From Octopus vulgaris (lineage: Eukaryota): a DNA stretch of 64,000 nucleotides. A program made the translations under genes and the position numbers. Numbering within the stretch: position 1 is the stretch's first letter; each line of letters begins with the position of its first letter. Under the pieces are notes generated by a model, which made no database searches, was not told the origin of the DNA, and was given only the letters and a program-made list of their open reading frames with translations. Where the stretch lies: positions 55,552,001 through 55,616,000 of the forward strand of contig OX597819.1 in assembly GCA_951406725.2 (NCBI GenBank), written 5' to 3'. Positions 26,401 through 41,300 of this stretch are shown here, in pieces.

Positions 26401-29400
26401 CTGGGTCTTATACCTCTTCCTTGTGAAGAGGTGCTTCCACCACTTTGCCTTTTATCTCGCCGTGAACTATCTCTTTCTCCTCCTTTACCAGGATATTGGC
26501 TGGAGTAATCATTTGACCTGAAAGACAAAATAGAGAAACTTAATCAGATAAAGATCACATTCTTTGTGACATGATTCAAAGTTTAGCTTTTGCTTAAGAA
26601 CAGTTGTTTGGTAAAGAAATCACACATACAAAGATTTAAAACACAGCAGCCATTTCTACTTCTTGAATTCTTCATACTTACATCACCAGCCCACTTATCC
26701 CAACTATTGATGCAGTTAATGTCGTTTCTGGCAATATTTGTTTCGCTGGAGATTTTAGCTGTGATTCATAAACAAAACTCTACTTGGTATCAACAATAAT
26801 AATTATGTGGACTCATGTATTGTAGACCACATAGATTGTTATTGACACCATGGATTGGCACAATCCTTTTCAGAACATAACTCTCCACTACACAATGGTG
26901 TATAGTCCCCAGAATTTAATACTTGTTCAAAAAAGTGTACATTCAATAGCATATTATTCCACATACACATTTTGTGATGTCTAAGGTCAGTAGAAGTAAT
27001 AGGCTATAACAGTTATTTTAGTAGGACATTAAACACACATAAAAAGAGATAGATAGATAGATATATACTTGTAATAATTATTTTCTTTTTCATCATCATT
27101 CCGGGCTTTTATAATATCTCCTTCACGACGGATTCGGGCCTCTATCTCCTTTTCTCTTTGACTGGTATCAACAGGACGAGCACCACCAAAAATGGATGAT
27201 GAGGATTCAGCTACAGGTTCAGTTGCTGCGACTGATCTAGGTTTCAAATTTAATCGAGGTCTGTCCTTGGGAGGATCTATATAAAGATATAATTCAATAA
27301 TTTCAAAACATTTCCAAAAAAATATTTTCTCTTTTTTTAAGTTGCACTAATACTACCCCATTATATTTCTATAATTTGTCCAGTTCTCACTGTTTAGCGG
27401 CAAATAACAGTATCTATTTCTATGATTATAATTTTTCTGGACTCTTAAAGGAATGAAAGCTTGAACACACTTATAATCCTTACAGCTTCATCTCAGAAAT
27501 TTAAAATCGTTTCCACCCATCTCCTGAAGCAATCATATGTATTCAACTTTTGTCTGTAACATATTTTTGCTTATACATTATTTACATTTATCATCTCATC
27601 AGACACAAAACACCTTTTATTTTGTATTGACATTGCAATAACATTAGATACGATTCTAACTGAAAGAGCTTAACAACTTACCAGAACTGGACTCACGGCT
27701 TGGCTCACTGAAAAAAATAAGGCAAAGTATTTGTGATTATACAGAAATAAATGAAAATATATTCAAAGATGAAATTATAATGGATGACATATAAGTTTCA
27801 GAAACCTAGTGGGATTTCAACTAAGATAGTTAAAAGTTAAACAGTCCAAAGTTCTAAACTTTTCTCCCAACTGACTGTTGTAAATTTAAAACAGTACAGT
27901 ATTATCAAATGTGTTATGGCAAATCCATGACTGTGTAATAACTATAAAAGTTTTCCACTTTCACAAATCTATTAAACAAGAATTTTGTCTTTTTTTAATA
28001 AAATGTTAACCATTTAGTATTTGGATTTTTCTGTAAGATATAATTCATTCACATTGTTTTAAATTAGTTGTGCATTATCTTGTAGCTTTGAGATTTTAAT
28101 AATGTGACTTTATTTTTAGAAAATGATATTCTAGGGCAGGTGTAAGACACCAGATCTGGCTGGTTTGAACATAAAACAAGAATATTTGGGCCAAATATGA
28201 CTGATTTAAATGCAAAAGTGTTAAATAAGCATAAAATGAATAAAGATGCTCAGAATGTTATTGCATCTCAGGTGGGTCATCATGCTAATAAGAAACACAA
28301 GCACTGGTTCTATTTCATATCTTTATTTTTTAGTCAATTGGTTGACTTTTTAACCCAGTGGTTTTCAACTGGTGTTTATATGATCCCTGGGGGTCCACAC
28401 AAGCATAGTAAATTGGAGATTTATAGCAGTATCTTAAGAGTCCACGAATAAATTTTGTTTGAGATGTATTTATTGCTGCAAGAATCAGCTAGGTTAATTT
28501 CTCCACCATTTTATATAATTCACTCTACACAAGGTAATGTGCGAAAAACAAAATAAGAACTTTGAAAGAAACATCTATAAAACTAAGATTTTAAACTGCG
28601 AATGGCTATGGGGTCCACCAGACTAAAATAATAATCAAAGGGGTCCACAGTAAAAAAAAAAAAAAAGGTTGTGAACCCCTCATTTAACCAGTTAACTAAT
28701 AGCTTGTTTGATAACCTCTCAGTCAATAAATCAATTAGATTTGTCATGGCCCTTTCATTGACACTCACGACATCCCCTTTCTGCTCCCAGACAGGACTAG
28801 GTAAAGATGATCATTAATCTAAGAGATTTCTAACAGAGAGTAAAACAAAATAACTAGTTTGATATCATTTCAAAATGTAATAATTCATACTAACCTCTCG
28901 CCACCAAAGCCTCTTCTTTCAAAACCTCTCTCATTTCTTCTGTTATAACCTGGAAAATGTTTTTAAATCATTAGCAAATAATAAAATAACAATTTCTTCA
29001 ACTGGAATATGTAATATAACAAAGATAATTATATAATTTAATAGTTTTAATTAATACTTTATTAATTGTTTGTACAACTAATATTACCCACACCCATTGA
29101 AACCAAGGCACTAAATAGATAAAATATATTTTATATAAATGTTATTTGAATATAGTCGCATTAAATATTAACAATTCATTCTATCATCTTGTACATTCCA
29201 CATTTTGGAATATATATTCCTAACCACGTTTTCAGATTTAGTCCCACAATATGGAACCTTGGACAAGTGTTTTCTACTATAACCATGGGCTGACCAAAGC
29301 CCTTGTGAGTAAATTTTGTAGACAGAAACTGAATGAAGCCCATTGCTTGTTTTATTCTTTCCAATATTCTATGCAAACATGCCTATCCATGGAGAAATAT

Positions 29401-32327
29401 TTCTTTGCTTGAAAACAAGGAAGGGCTGGCAACAAAAGGGTATATGACCATTCAAAAATCTACCTGGCCCATGCTAACATGGAAAAGTACAAGTTAAAAC
29501 TATGATGATGATGATGATACATATCTATATATGTATGTGTATAAAGGTCTGTGGCCTAGTGGTTAAAATGTAGCACTCAGTTGCATGCGCAGTGAGAGCT
29601 AGCAGGGATTTTCATGAGGCATTGTGCTGAGTGATATGACTGTTTACTTCACAAGTTATGGAAGTTGTGTTTTTGCGATCACGTTTATGCTGTAGTCTGT
29701 GATTTTTGTAATGGACAAGTGAGTTGGAACAAAGAGCCGATGTGAAATTTTGTGCTGAAGCTGGGAAGTCTGCTACAGAGACATTGAGCATGCTTCAGTA
29801 AACTTATGGCAATGAGGCAATGGGTTATATGCAATGTTTTGAGTGACAGGTGCTTCAAAAGCAGAACATCCTTAGAAGACCTGCTAAAAGTGTCACTCCC
29901 CAAAATGGGGAGAAAATTCATCAGTTTGTGCATGAGGATCATTGGAGGACAATCAATGATGTTTTGAAGTGCTTGAGGGAGGACAGATGGTGAAAGCAAC
30001 CAGATCTGTGGAGCAAGAAGAATTCAATTCTTCACAATGAGAATGTACTTTGTCACTGATCTCTCCTCACTCGTGAGTTTCTTGCCAAAAACAACATAGT
30101 ATCGTTTTCGCACTCACCCTATTTGCCAAACTTAGCACCTGTGAACTTACAACTCTTCCCTAAGATGAAAATGCAGTACAGAAGTCGCCATTTTAACACT
30201 GCTGTCAAAATGAAAAGCAAATCGCAGAAGGTCCTTGACTTGCTTATAGAAAATGATTTTTAAGGGCCAAGTTCCAAAAGTGGCAGGAATGCTGGGACCA
30301 CTGTATTGCTGCACAAGGTGACTATTCCGACGGAGATGATGTTAAAAACTTTGGCAAATAAGCCATTTTTTTTTTATTAAACATAACTAGTCTGGGAACT
30401 TTTTGATACCACCTTGTATGATCTTAAGATTGCGTGTTTATTTCTCAGACTGAGCAGTATGTTGTGTCGTTGAGCAAGACACTTTTCTAATTCATGATGC
30501 TTTAGTCCTCTTGCTCTCAAGCTGTCATATCCTGGATATTCCACCGGTTTGTGGGTGGAAGTACCCACAGGGTGCTTATGCCTGCCTGTGACAAACATGG
30601 GCACTTAAAAACAATTAGTAAAAGCACAGTACTTGCCACCAAGTTGTATTCATGAGTGATGACAATGTGTTTATGCATAATGTATACATGAACATCACAT
30701 AAAAAGCACCCATACACTCTGTGAAGTGGTTAGCATTAAGGAAGGCATCCAGCTATAGAAACCATGTCAAAACAGACAATTGGAGCCTGGTGCAACCCTT
30801 CAGCAGGCCAACTCCAGTCAAAATCGTCCAACCTATGCCAGCAGGGAAAAAACATATTAAATGATGATGATAAATGTGTGTGTGTGTGTATACATGTGTC
30901 ACTGTGTGAGACTGCAAACATCTGAATTTACTAATAAAAGGAAAAGTGCTCAATATATCTATTGTATTACCTCTCTACTCAACTATAGACCAGCATTGAT
31001 ATTTACCATTTATTTTAATCCTTTCCAATAATATGTGAATTAATGTGAAAAATGTTTTTATTGTAGTGTTAACACAATAAATAGAAAACGTGAGTAAAAG
31101 ATTGACAGATGGTGCAAGAACTCAATGATATATATGCTCTTAGTGCTATCTGCATACGTGCTTTCTTCTTGTGAATGTTTTGTTGTTGCAGTTTAGCTGC
31201 AATCAAGCAGACCTATAATGAAGTGTTCCAGCCGAGACTGTGCCTCGCTTTTATATGTGCAAGGAACCCAAAACCAGATTTCCAAATGTGTCCTTTACTA
31301 TGACAGCAAGTGTAACCACGAAGTAAATATATATAAGACAGTAGGCTGTGATTTGATTAAGAAGGGGCTCCTATTTTTAACTGGTCGAGCAAACATAGAC
31401 ACCAGCCAACATGAGAATGAAGCTTGAAGAGGTAGGACTACAATATCCAACATGTACATTTTAAAATGGTGATTTGAAAGAGGTTTTGGTTGCTGTTTCT
31501 AGCATCCTGAGTCATTACGAGAGAGAGTGAGTGTGTGTGTATATGTATGTATGTGTGTATTCTTATTTTATTAACTGAGACAGTGTGTTGCAATTTGAAG
31601 GTAGTATGTTTGTTATTTCTAGTAGGTGTACTTGCCATACGAACATATACAATAAAGTTGGCAATGTTTTGAGTAAGATGTGGCTACTATTTCTGAGTCG
31701 AATGACCAGAACCTTACTCTCCTACATGTCATTTTTAAGATGGAAGAGTGTGATTTGAGGAAGATAGGGATGCAATTTCTAGCAGGTTGAATGATTATTG
31801 GTGTGTGATTATTTAATGTGTTGCTAGTTTTGTAGTTTAACCTCAAGACAACCATAATGGAACAGATCTCTGAGGGAAGATATTGTAGTCATGACCATCC
31901 ACGTTTTTCATATGTGAAGGACCTTAGGTAGAGTTGTATCAATTTATTGGAAGATCAAGTGCAGGCAAGCCACGGTAGTAGATGTGTATGCAGTGCTGTC
32001 TGTTGGCATCGATTTATTGGAAACACAAGCAATGAAACCTAAATTTAGCTGCTGGAAATATATTCACTTATTAATCAGCATTTTTTAAATCCAATGACAC
32101 TGCTGAATGGGATATCTTGAAGACTGAAGATGTAAATATAGACACATTCTTGCCTCTGTACATGCACTGCCTAAGTGGTTCCCTTAAATGCATAGATATA
32201 CATATGTGCAAAAACACACACAAATTAGCGACAAAAAATCATACCCAAGAAAACGGTCTAAAATTTTTTTCTCAATAGGTGCATCAGGTTGTAGCAGGGA
32301 GATAAAATGCTTTATTTTTATATGTTG

Positions 32328-32368
<41 letters not shown>

Positions 32369-35300
32369 AGTGACCGACCAGGCTATCAGATGTTGCTACA
32401 CATTGCTGGTCACAATGCGCTTTGCATTGTTTTAGCCTTCAAATGACGCCACCCCGCTGGCTAAGCGAGCAGGCCAACAGAAGAAAGAGTGAGAGAAAGG
32501 TGTGGCGAAAGAGTAGAGCAGGGATCGCCACCAACCCCTGCCGGAGCCACATGGAGCTTTGGTTGTTTTCGATCAATAAACACTCACAACGCCCTGTTTG
32601 GGAATCGAAACGGCGATCCTACGTCCGCGAGTCCACTGCCCTAACCACTAGGCCATTGCACCTCCACACACACACATATATATTCTTTTATACGTTTTAG
32701 CCCAAAGGCTGTAGCAATGCTGGGACATTGCCAGTGTTATTTTGTCAACAGCCGTTCTTATGCGATTGACTTTTGGTGAATGAGGGAATTAAACAGCCAC
32801 CCACTCTTGATTTTCATACTGTGATTATATATATATATATATACACACACACTGCTCATACTCCCACACACTAATATGCAAGCATATGCTAACAATTATC
32901 TCCCAACTTTGTTATCTTACTCCATTAGTCTCTCTCCACAAAACATCCATGCAACATGTGCTTTCATCTCAAACTGATCATTAAACATCAAATGGATTTC
33001 ATCAATACTTCTTTCAACCCTTGTAAATGAACTTTTATAGAATTCCTTTTCTTTTCCCCAATTAACTCCTCTTTCTCCATGTGTTGCATACATAATTATT
33101 TTTTAAATACTTCTGTTCTAAACCCCTCTGCCTTTCAACACAATTGTCCCTATTCCATTTTACTGACTCCACAACCCTCTTCTCTGAACTCGTAACTGTT
33201 TTATGTTATGTAACATTTTTCTTTATATCATTTAAACCAGTCCAAATTTTCTACCAATTTTATGTTCAAACCGACAAGATCTGGCCTCTCACACCAATCC
33301 TACAATGTCATTCTAAAACAAACAACCACAACATCAAAATCTCAAAGCTACAAGATCACATTTGATAGAGTAATCTGAATGCTAAAGGGTTGTAGTGGCA
33401 GCATGAGTGCTCTTGAACTTTGGCTGCTCACATTGTAGCTTTTTACTCTTAACTATAGCCATTTTGGTTCACCACATGATGAATGGATCAATTTAATCTG
33501 ACTTGGACTGACCAGATCTTTAATGTGGTGGGCTAACTTAGTGTCTGTTCATCAATTATAAAATGGGAAGTTCTGGCTCGCTAAGTTGCCAGGGAGGAGA
33601 GTTTTGCTACAAGCGACCCGGGACCTTGATGTGAAAATAATTTTGATTCCAATTTGCAGTTTTCAGTTTGAACAGATTACAAACTAAAATCCTTGATGCT
33701 ATGCTTAGTATTTTACCAACCTATGAATAGAAGTTAGTTAGTTAGTTAATTTGGCTCAAAAGCAAATAGCAAGGCCATGTAGGGGGACATGGAGTTAAGT
33801 ACAGGGTGGTGTTCATGTAAAGAGTTCAGGCCACTTGAGGTCCAGGGAGGCTTTGAACAAAGCGGTCGTCGGCATCTTCACCATCTCGTCTGGCAGCTTG
33901 TTCCACGGATCCGCAACCCGGACGGAGAAAGCTCCTCTCCTTCGATTGAGATGAAATCGTCGCAGGTAGAGCTTTTCGGAATGACCCCGCAGCCGATGCT
34001 CCGGAGCAGGAGTGAAGAACAGCTCTTTCGAGAGGTTACACTTCCCGCTTATGATGTTGTGGGCGAGAATGAGATCACCATAGCGGCGGCGTTTTTCAAG
34101 AGAATAAAGGTCGAGCGTCCTCAGTAACCAGAATTATTGTGATACTGTATTTCAGGTTTTTCTTTTAACCCCTATTCTACATTTTGATGAACATTTAAAC
34201 ATATATAATGTTTTGACAATTGAAATGCCTTAACAGTGTGCTTTATCAAATTTCTGCAGTTGTAATAAATGTTTCCTTGCAGTCTATTGCAATTTATCTC
34301 TGAATTTGTTTATTATTATTATTATCCATCTTGAATTCATTTAACAGACCTTACTGCAATTCATACAACCACATACATACTTACTGCCACAGGGTTAATA
34401 ACATCCATTTTTTTATAGCCATCTTCCACCCCTTTTCTAATATTCCTGTGCCTAATAAATACATTACTTAAGCCTTCTGCCCCTTTCCTCTCTGCCTTTT
34501 AACATACTCTTTGATGCTCAACTGTTTTTCTGATATTCCCCTAACTTTTTATGTTTTCATTTATTATTTCCAATCTTTACCCATTTTGTAAACTCTCTTC
34601 TGCTCTTATACTTGCTTCAATCTTTTGCCTCAGCTAATACTCTGTTTTCTTTATTGTTTTTACCTTTTTTCTGTCCCCTTGTTCCTCATCTTAACCACAT
34701 TCACATCCCACTGAACACCACGCATCCCAGCCACCCTGCCCCCATGCCCACCTGTGAAAACTTGTCCCTTTTGTTGCCCAGTCTGTCTTATTCTAGCAAC
34801 TACACTTTCAGAACTTCCTCAACCTCTGCTAACTTGGTCTCCTAGGTAACAGAAGCACCTACTACTTCTAATGATTCCCTGAGCATCTGAGGTAGACTAT
34901 TATACTACATTAACCTTCCCGTGTGATACTACAACACCTCTTATGTGTCCAAAGTTTGCACAGGGCACAACATATGGATTTTCTACTAACACCCTTCTTA
35001 CATATCGAGCAGAGCCATCTCCCAGAAGGGACTTGTGATTTGTCTGTTTTCACACCTACTAGGACTTTAGTTTTTGCTAAATAAACTCTAAAGCCCTTAG
35101 ATTCCAGTCTAGGTCAGATATATAAAATCATGTAATGTCCCATTTTCCCCAGGCTAGCATGGGTTGGATGGTTTGACATGAAAAGACAAGCCAGATGGCA
35201 GTATTAAGCTCTAGTGTCTGCTTTGATATGGTTTCTATAAATAGTTGCCTTTCCAAATGCCAACTACTTCAGGTGCCCTTTTCATGGCATCAGTACTGGT

Positions 35301-38300
35301 AAGGTCCCAAGTACTCATAAAAGAATTCACAACCAAATGGGGTATATTAAGAAGGTAATGCGCATAAAAAGACAATGCATTAGTTTAACGCTAGAAACAA
35401 TTTAATGAGAATTATTCCTTTTCAAATAGAAAGTAAAAAGAATAAATACTATGGCATTGAATGCAATCTGCTTTAACCCTTTAGCATTAAAGTATAATAC
35501 TTATTTATTGTACTGTTTGAATCAATCATGCATTATTTTGTAGTTTCATGATTTCATTAATATAATTGTATGATAGGTGTGAGAGGCTGAATCTGGCTGG
35601 TTTGAACACAAAACATGCAGAATATTTGGGCCTGTTAAGGCCAGTTTAAATGATAAAAGATTAATTATTACTTCCTAAAGGATTTATGAGAGAGCACATA
35701 TTTCATGATAAAAATTTATACAATAAGGAAATTAAAAAAAAAACAAAACGAAACATGTTGACTCAGTCCATAACTTTCTAAAAACTGAATGAGCAGTGTC
35801 TGTTCAATTTAAACAGGCATCTATTCTAATAGAATAATTCAAGATTTTACCCATGGATTTTGTACATAAACAGAATAAATTAGAACAGTTCTCACCTCTA
35901 TCCTCACGGAAACGATTATTGCCATAACCCCGGTCATATCCACGATCTCCATAGCGCTCAAATCCTCTTTCACGGTCAAATCCTCTGTCGCGATCAAATC
36001 CTCTATCACGGTCAAATCCTTTATCACGATCACCCCATCGTTCATTAGACTTTTCAATTGTCACTCCTCGATCCCATGTATCAGAAGGTGCAGCAGAATA
36101 TCGATCGCTCCGGTCACTCCTTTCTGTTGGACCTGATCTTTCCCAGCGGCCAGTTTCGGGAGCAGCATTACCAAATCCTCCACGATCCCTGTCTCTGTCA
36201 CCAAATCGATCCCTATCACCATAATTGTCTCTATCAAAACCTCTACCACCACCTTCATCATCATCTGAAATACAGAAATAAAAGATAACTTGATGAAAGT
36301 TGCTTCTGCACATGCAAACACCAACTAGCTATTTTGGTAATGGGTAAAAGACAACCTTAAACTTCTCCATATCACTAGAAAAATACACACAAACAACAAT
36401 GGAGATACCTGCTTTCACTGAAATTATTTTTGAAAAGAATGAAGGTTTTGGTAAATTTAACTTTTAACAAATAAGCTGGTGTTTGGCACAAATTAACCTA
36501 GGATTTTGAAAGGTTTTAATTTGAGTTATCATAACAGGAAGTTTGTATCAAAAAAGGTTAATGATGTTTGGAGAAATGGGGAGAGAAAAAGATAGGGATA
36601 CATTTAAAATGACAATTACTTGTAAATAATAGTCAGCAGTGAAAATTTATAATCAAAATTAAACAGTAGAAACAAAGATGTTAACATTGTGGTTGTGTAG
36701 ATAAATAGCTTGCTTCCCAACCCTGTAGTCTTGGCTTCAGTCCCACCATATGGCACTTTGGGCAAGTGTCTTCTACCCAAGGTCTTGTGAGTGGATTTGG
36801 TAGACAGAAACTAAAACAAGACCTCATACATATACATGTATGTACCCATGTCTTGGCATCATGGTGTAAACAAGCATCACCAGCATACAAGTAATATTAT
36901 TTGTTTGCAGTCTTCCATGAAAAACATGCCTGGCAATGTGGAAATATTACCTTACTTGGAAACCAATGAGGGCTGATGACAGGAAGAGCATCTGGCAGCA
37001 TAATATCAGTCTCAACAAACTCTGTCTGACTCAGACAAGCATGGAAAAGTGAGATGAATGTAGTAAATAGCTTATAATTCTATAATTTTTCTTTTTCTTT
37101 CAGTTTATCCAAATGGTTGGGATAAAATTGTTGCAGTGTTTTAATTAAAATGACCAAATCGAAATCGAATCAAATTCGATGACTGGCACCTGTGCAAGTG
37201 GAGCACTAAGAGCACCATCCGAGCGTGATCACTGCCAGAGCAGCTGACTGGCTTCTGTGCTGGTGGCGGCATGTAAAAAGAACCATTTGAGCGTGATTGT
37301 TACCAGCGTCACCTTACTGGCACTTGTGTCAGTGCCATTGGACTGGCTCCTGTGCAGGTGGCACGTAAAAAACACCATTTGAGTGTGGCCATTGCCAATA
37401 CCGCCTGACTGGCCCTCGTGCCGGTGGCACGTAAAATCATCCACTACACTCTCAGAGTGGTTGGCAGTAGGGAAGGCATCCAGCTGTAGAAACTCTGCCA
37501 AATCAGATTGGAGCTTAGTGCAGCGATCTGGTTTGCCAGTCCTAAGTCAAATCATCCAACCCATGCTAGCATGGAAAGCGGACGTTAAACGATGATGATG
37601 ATGACCAGAATTTTACGCTACATTCCATAAAACTGTTTGAAATTGATTGAAAGTGCAAATCTGTTGAAACTAACCTCTAGGACGTCTCCAGTCACAATCC
37701 GTTCGATCAAAGTGGTCATGCCCACCTCGTCTGTCATCACGATCTTAAAATAAAGAACACAAACATATTAATTCAAACTCTTAAAATTCAACAAAGGAAA
37801 TAGGGTTAATAATAAAAAATAGCTTAGATCTTATGGAAACAGTGTCATGGCATGGCAATTATAATTCCAGCACCACGTAGAATATTAACCCTTACATTAC
37901 TATATTTCTAACCAAAATACACCCCTTATGTGTTTCAATTAAATTCTAAAATATATCACAGATTTACACCTGTCTCACAGCGATTCTAATTACTGGTAAA
38001 TTCATCAAATTATTGAATTATTTAAATTTTGTTTAAACAGCAGCATAGAAAATTAGTTATTAGCTAATATTCAATGAGTATATAACAAAATTTTAATAAT
38101 AGAGAAGAACTGTGGAAATTACTGAATTAGTTATCACTTGAACTTATTGTACCTAAGACATAATGGAATAATGAAATTTGTCTTTGAAGAAAACTAGGAA
38201 ATGAAATGTAAGCCAACAACTAAATGAAATACATAAATACACAGAAACACATAATAATGATTCACCAAATTAATCAGACTTTGCCAGGGATTTTGCAAGT

Positions 38301-41300
38301 AAGTTGAAAAAAATTGCTTATAACCCTCTCTCCACATACACACACAATTTCCTAAAAATGCTGGGATTTCTAGCTTTCCTCCACCTGAAAAACTCAAAAC
38401 ATCATTTTCCCTCTTTATGTTCTGTATAACAATTTATTCCCTCAGAAACAAATTAAAAAATCTAAGTTTCATTTCTTTGGAAAAATTGTAGCTACGTCTA
38501 ATATCTTCCTAAAAATAACTAAGAAAAACAGTTTTAGATTTTTACTATATTCAGGTACAAAATCATTTTTTTGTTTATTGCAATCAGAACTTGTGAGAAT
38601 TGTTTCACTTTCAAAAAAAGAAATATAGATTCATAACCACTCATGTGGTTTTTATGTCTGTTGTACATTTTCTTTGATTTTTCTTTTCATTTGAAAATAC
38701 TTTGAATTCAAACTTGTTGCTTGACAACATGAAACTGGTGTCCAGCTTTCATCTTCAGTGAAACATTTCAGAAAACTGAAGTGCAAAAAAAATCTCCAAA
38801 CACCCACAGCACTCACACATCATGTACAATAATGGTGGATGAAACCATATGTTTTCGATGAACGTACTAATGTGGCCATTTTCAGCCAGGTTGGTAACAT
38901 TCGCCACTGAAATTATTGGCTGGTTTCAGGTAGTTTGGTATCAGAAGGGCTAAATAATGAAAATAACGATCCTTCCACAGAAGAATTTGATAATGTGCAC
39001 ATACTGATCTGAACACAGAGCTTGAATTTGAAATCATATATACAAATAGATATCAGAAAACAATTATTTGTAGGTTTTAACCAATATTGTACTGTGTTTC
39101 TTTTCCTACCATATGTGTAACAAGAGTGTAGGTATGGCTGTGTGGTTAAGATGTTCCCTTTGCAATAACATTGTTTTAAGTCCAATCCCACTCAGTAGCA
39201 CTTTGAGTGAGTGTCTTCTAACATAATCTAGGTTTGACCAAAGTTTGAGTGAAACGATGATGATGCAACAGAAAGCAGTCTTAATTTATTGCTTTCTTTA
39301 ATGCCACTGCCTGGCTCTATCAGATCCAAGCATTCTGTTGCAAGCATTTAGGCTAGGTCTATATCTTGATAATAACTCCTTTCCTTCCTTCCTCTACCAA
39401 TCCTGGAGAGCCTAGAAAACAACCATGAGCACTAACCTTTCTCCTGTCTAAGCCATTTTAAATAATACAAACATTTCAAGTGTTTCACAAAGTGCTGCTG
39501 TAACAAAAAGGAAATTTATAGAATTCACAACAGTCTCCTTACCTGTGTTTCCTGGCAAGTCAATGCGAATCTTTCTTCCATGAATCACCTGAAAACAGTA
39601 CACAAGATGAAAATCTTTCTGAAGATTTAGGTAACATTTTTGATGGAGATATAGAGATCACTTTAATAAATCAGTAATACTCGAATTGACAAAACAGGAA
39701 GGGACTATATATGTATATATACACACACACATACATACATACATACATACTGACAGTAGTTTTGCCTGAGGTACTGTGACAGAAATATTTGTTTAGACTT
39801 GTCTGAATTAATCATACATTGTCTCATAGCTTTAAGAATTCAATGATGTGATTATATATTTTAGGATGACATTGTAGGATAGGTGTGAGAGGCCAATTCA
39901 AGCCAGTTTAAATTACTTTTGAACACCAATATCAACCTTCTAGATCTAATAAAACCTATTAAACAAAAACTAAGAATAAATATAAAAACTTTTCGGTATA
40001 CAGATTAAAATATAAGTAAACCTTTGTGTAACAGATCTACACAGGAGCAAAAATAAAAAAAATTCAAATCAGTTTAACAAATTGAATTAAGCAGAAACTT
40101 AGGTCTCTTCTTTTGCTACTTACTAGGTGCTTGTAAGAACCATGCAAATCATATAAAAAAAAAAGTGCCTACTGAAGTCGTCCACATTCTTCCAATTCAT
40201 AGTAGCCCTTGAGGCTATGTCATATTAAGAGATCAAAGGGCTAAGAAGAGAGAGTAACAAATGCCAGTCCTATATGGGTTGTGGTCTTCCTCAGTATGTA
40301 ATGAGTGGTGAGTAGGAATGCTATAATGTATATCTGATGCACATAAAGGTGCAGTAGGATATCTAACAGGGGAATTGAGGCTTCATCTGTGATGTACACA
40401 TGAATATTTTGTGATCGAAGGACCATAAAATGATGTCCATGAAATAGTCAGATGTTTCACAAGAAACAATTGCTAGTTTCTGCCATTTAGGTGATATAGG
40501 TAATTAATGGAGAAGATGGATGTAGCAAAAGCTTTGTAGTAAAGGTCAAGAATGGGCAAAAATCAAAGTAGTAGTTGTTTCTGTTGGTAATAAATGTGTT
40601 CTCTTTTTGTACAAAAATATTCTGTAGAAGTGTTATATTGCATGGAAGTGAAATATGAGCCAAATGAGGGAAAATCTACAGAGGATAGAGATAAACTAAA
40701 CAAGCGTACCCATGAAAGAGGAAGACAAAGGGAGAAGTGATGAGATTAGATGTTAGAATCCAGGGCTTCACAATGGAATTTACCACAGAGTCAATAATAC
40801 GCTGAGAGTAGACTCTCCCAAATCACTTATGGCACAAAAAAAGATGATTCTTAAAAGGCTAGGTTGACGTTAAAAAAGTCAATCTATCTCAAGCCAACGG
40901 GATCATTTGACCAGAGCGTATCCTGGTTTGAGATGTTGTCAGTAGCAAAGAGTACAAAACTACCTTCTGGACAGAACACCAGTGTGTTACAAATACTGCC
41001 GCTACTCATTTTAGCAGAATAGAGTGGAAGAATTAACTGCCTTTCTCAATGAGACATATCACCTAGTCTAGGACTGAACCTTCATCATTACAACTGTGAA
41101 CCCAACACACTAACCACTAAGCCACAGCTACAATATTAATGATTATACACCAAAATACATGTGTCAACACACTTGGTATGAAATCAATTTTAAAACAGTT
41201 TTTAATTATCATATATCAGTATTATCCAGCAGCAAAATCTTTATGCAAGTATCATTCTTATTTATAGATAAAAAAAAACATATTTTAAAATACCAAACAG

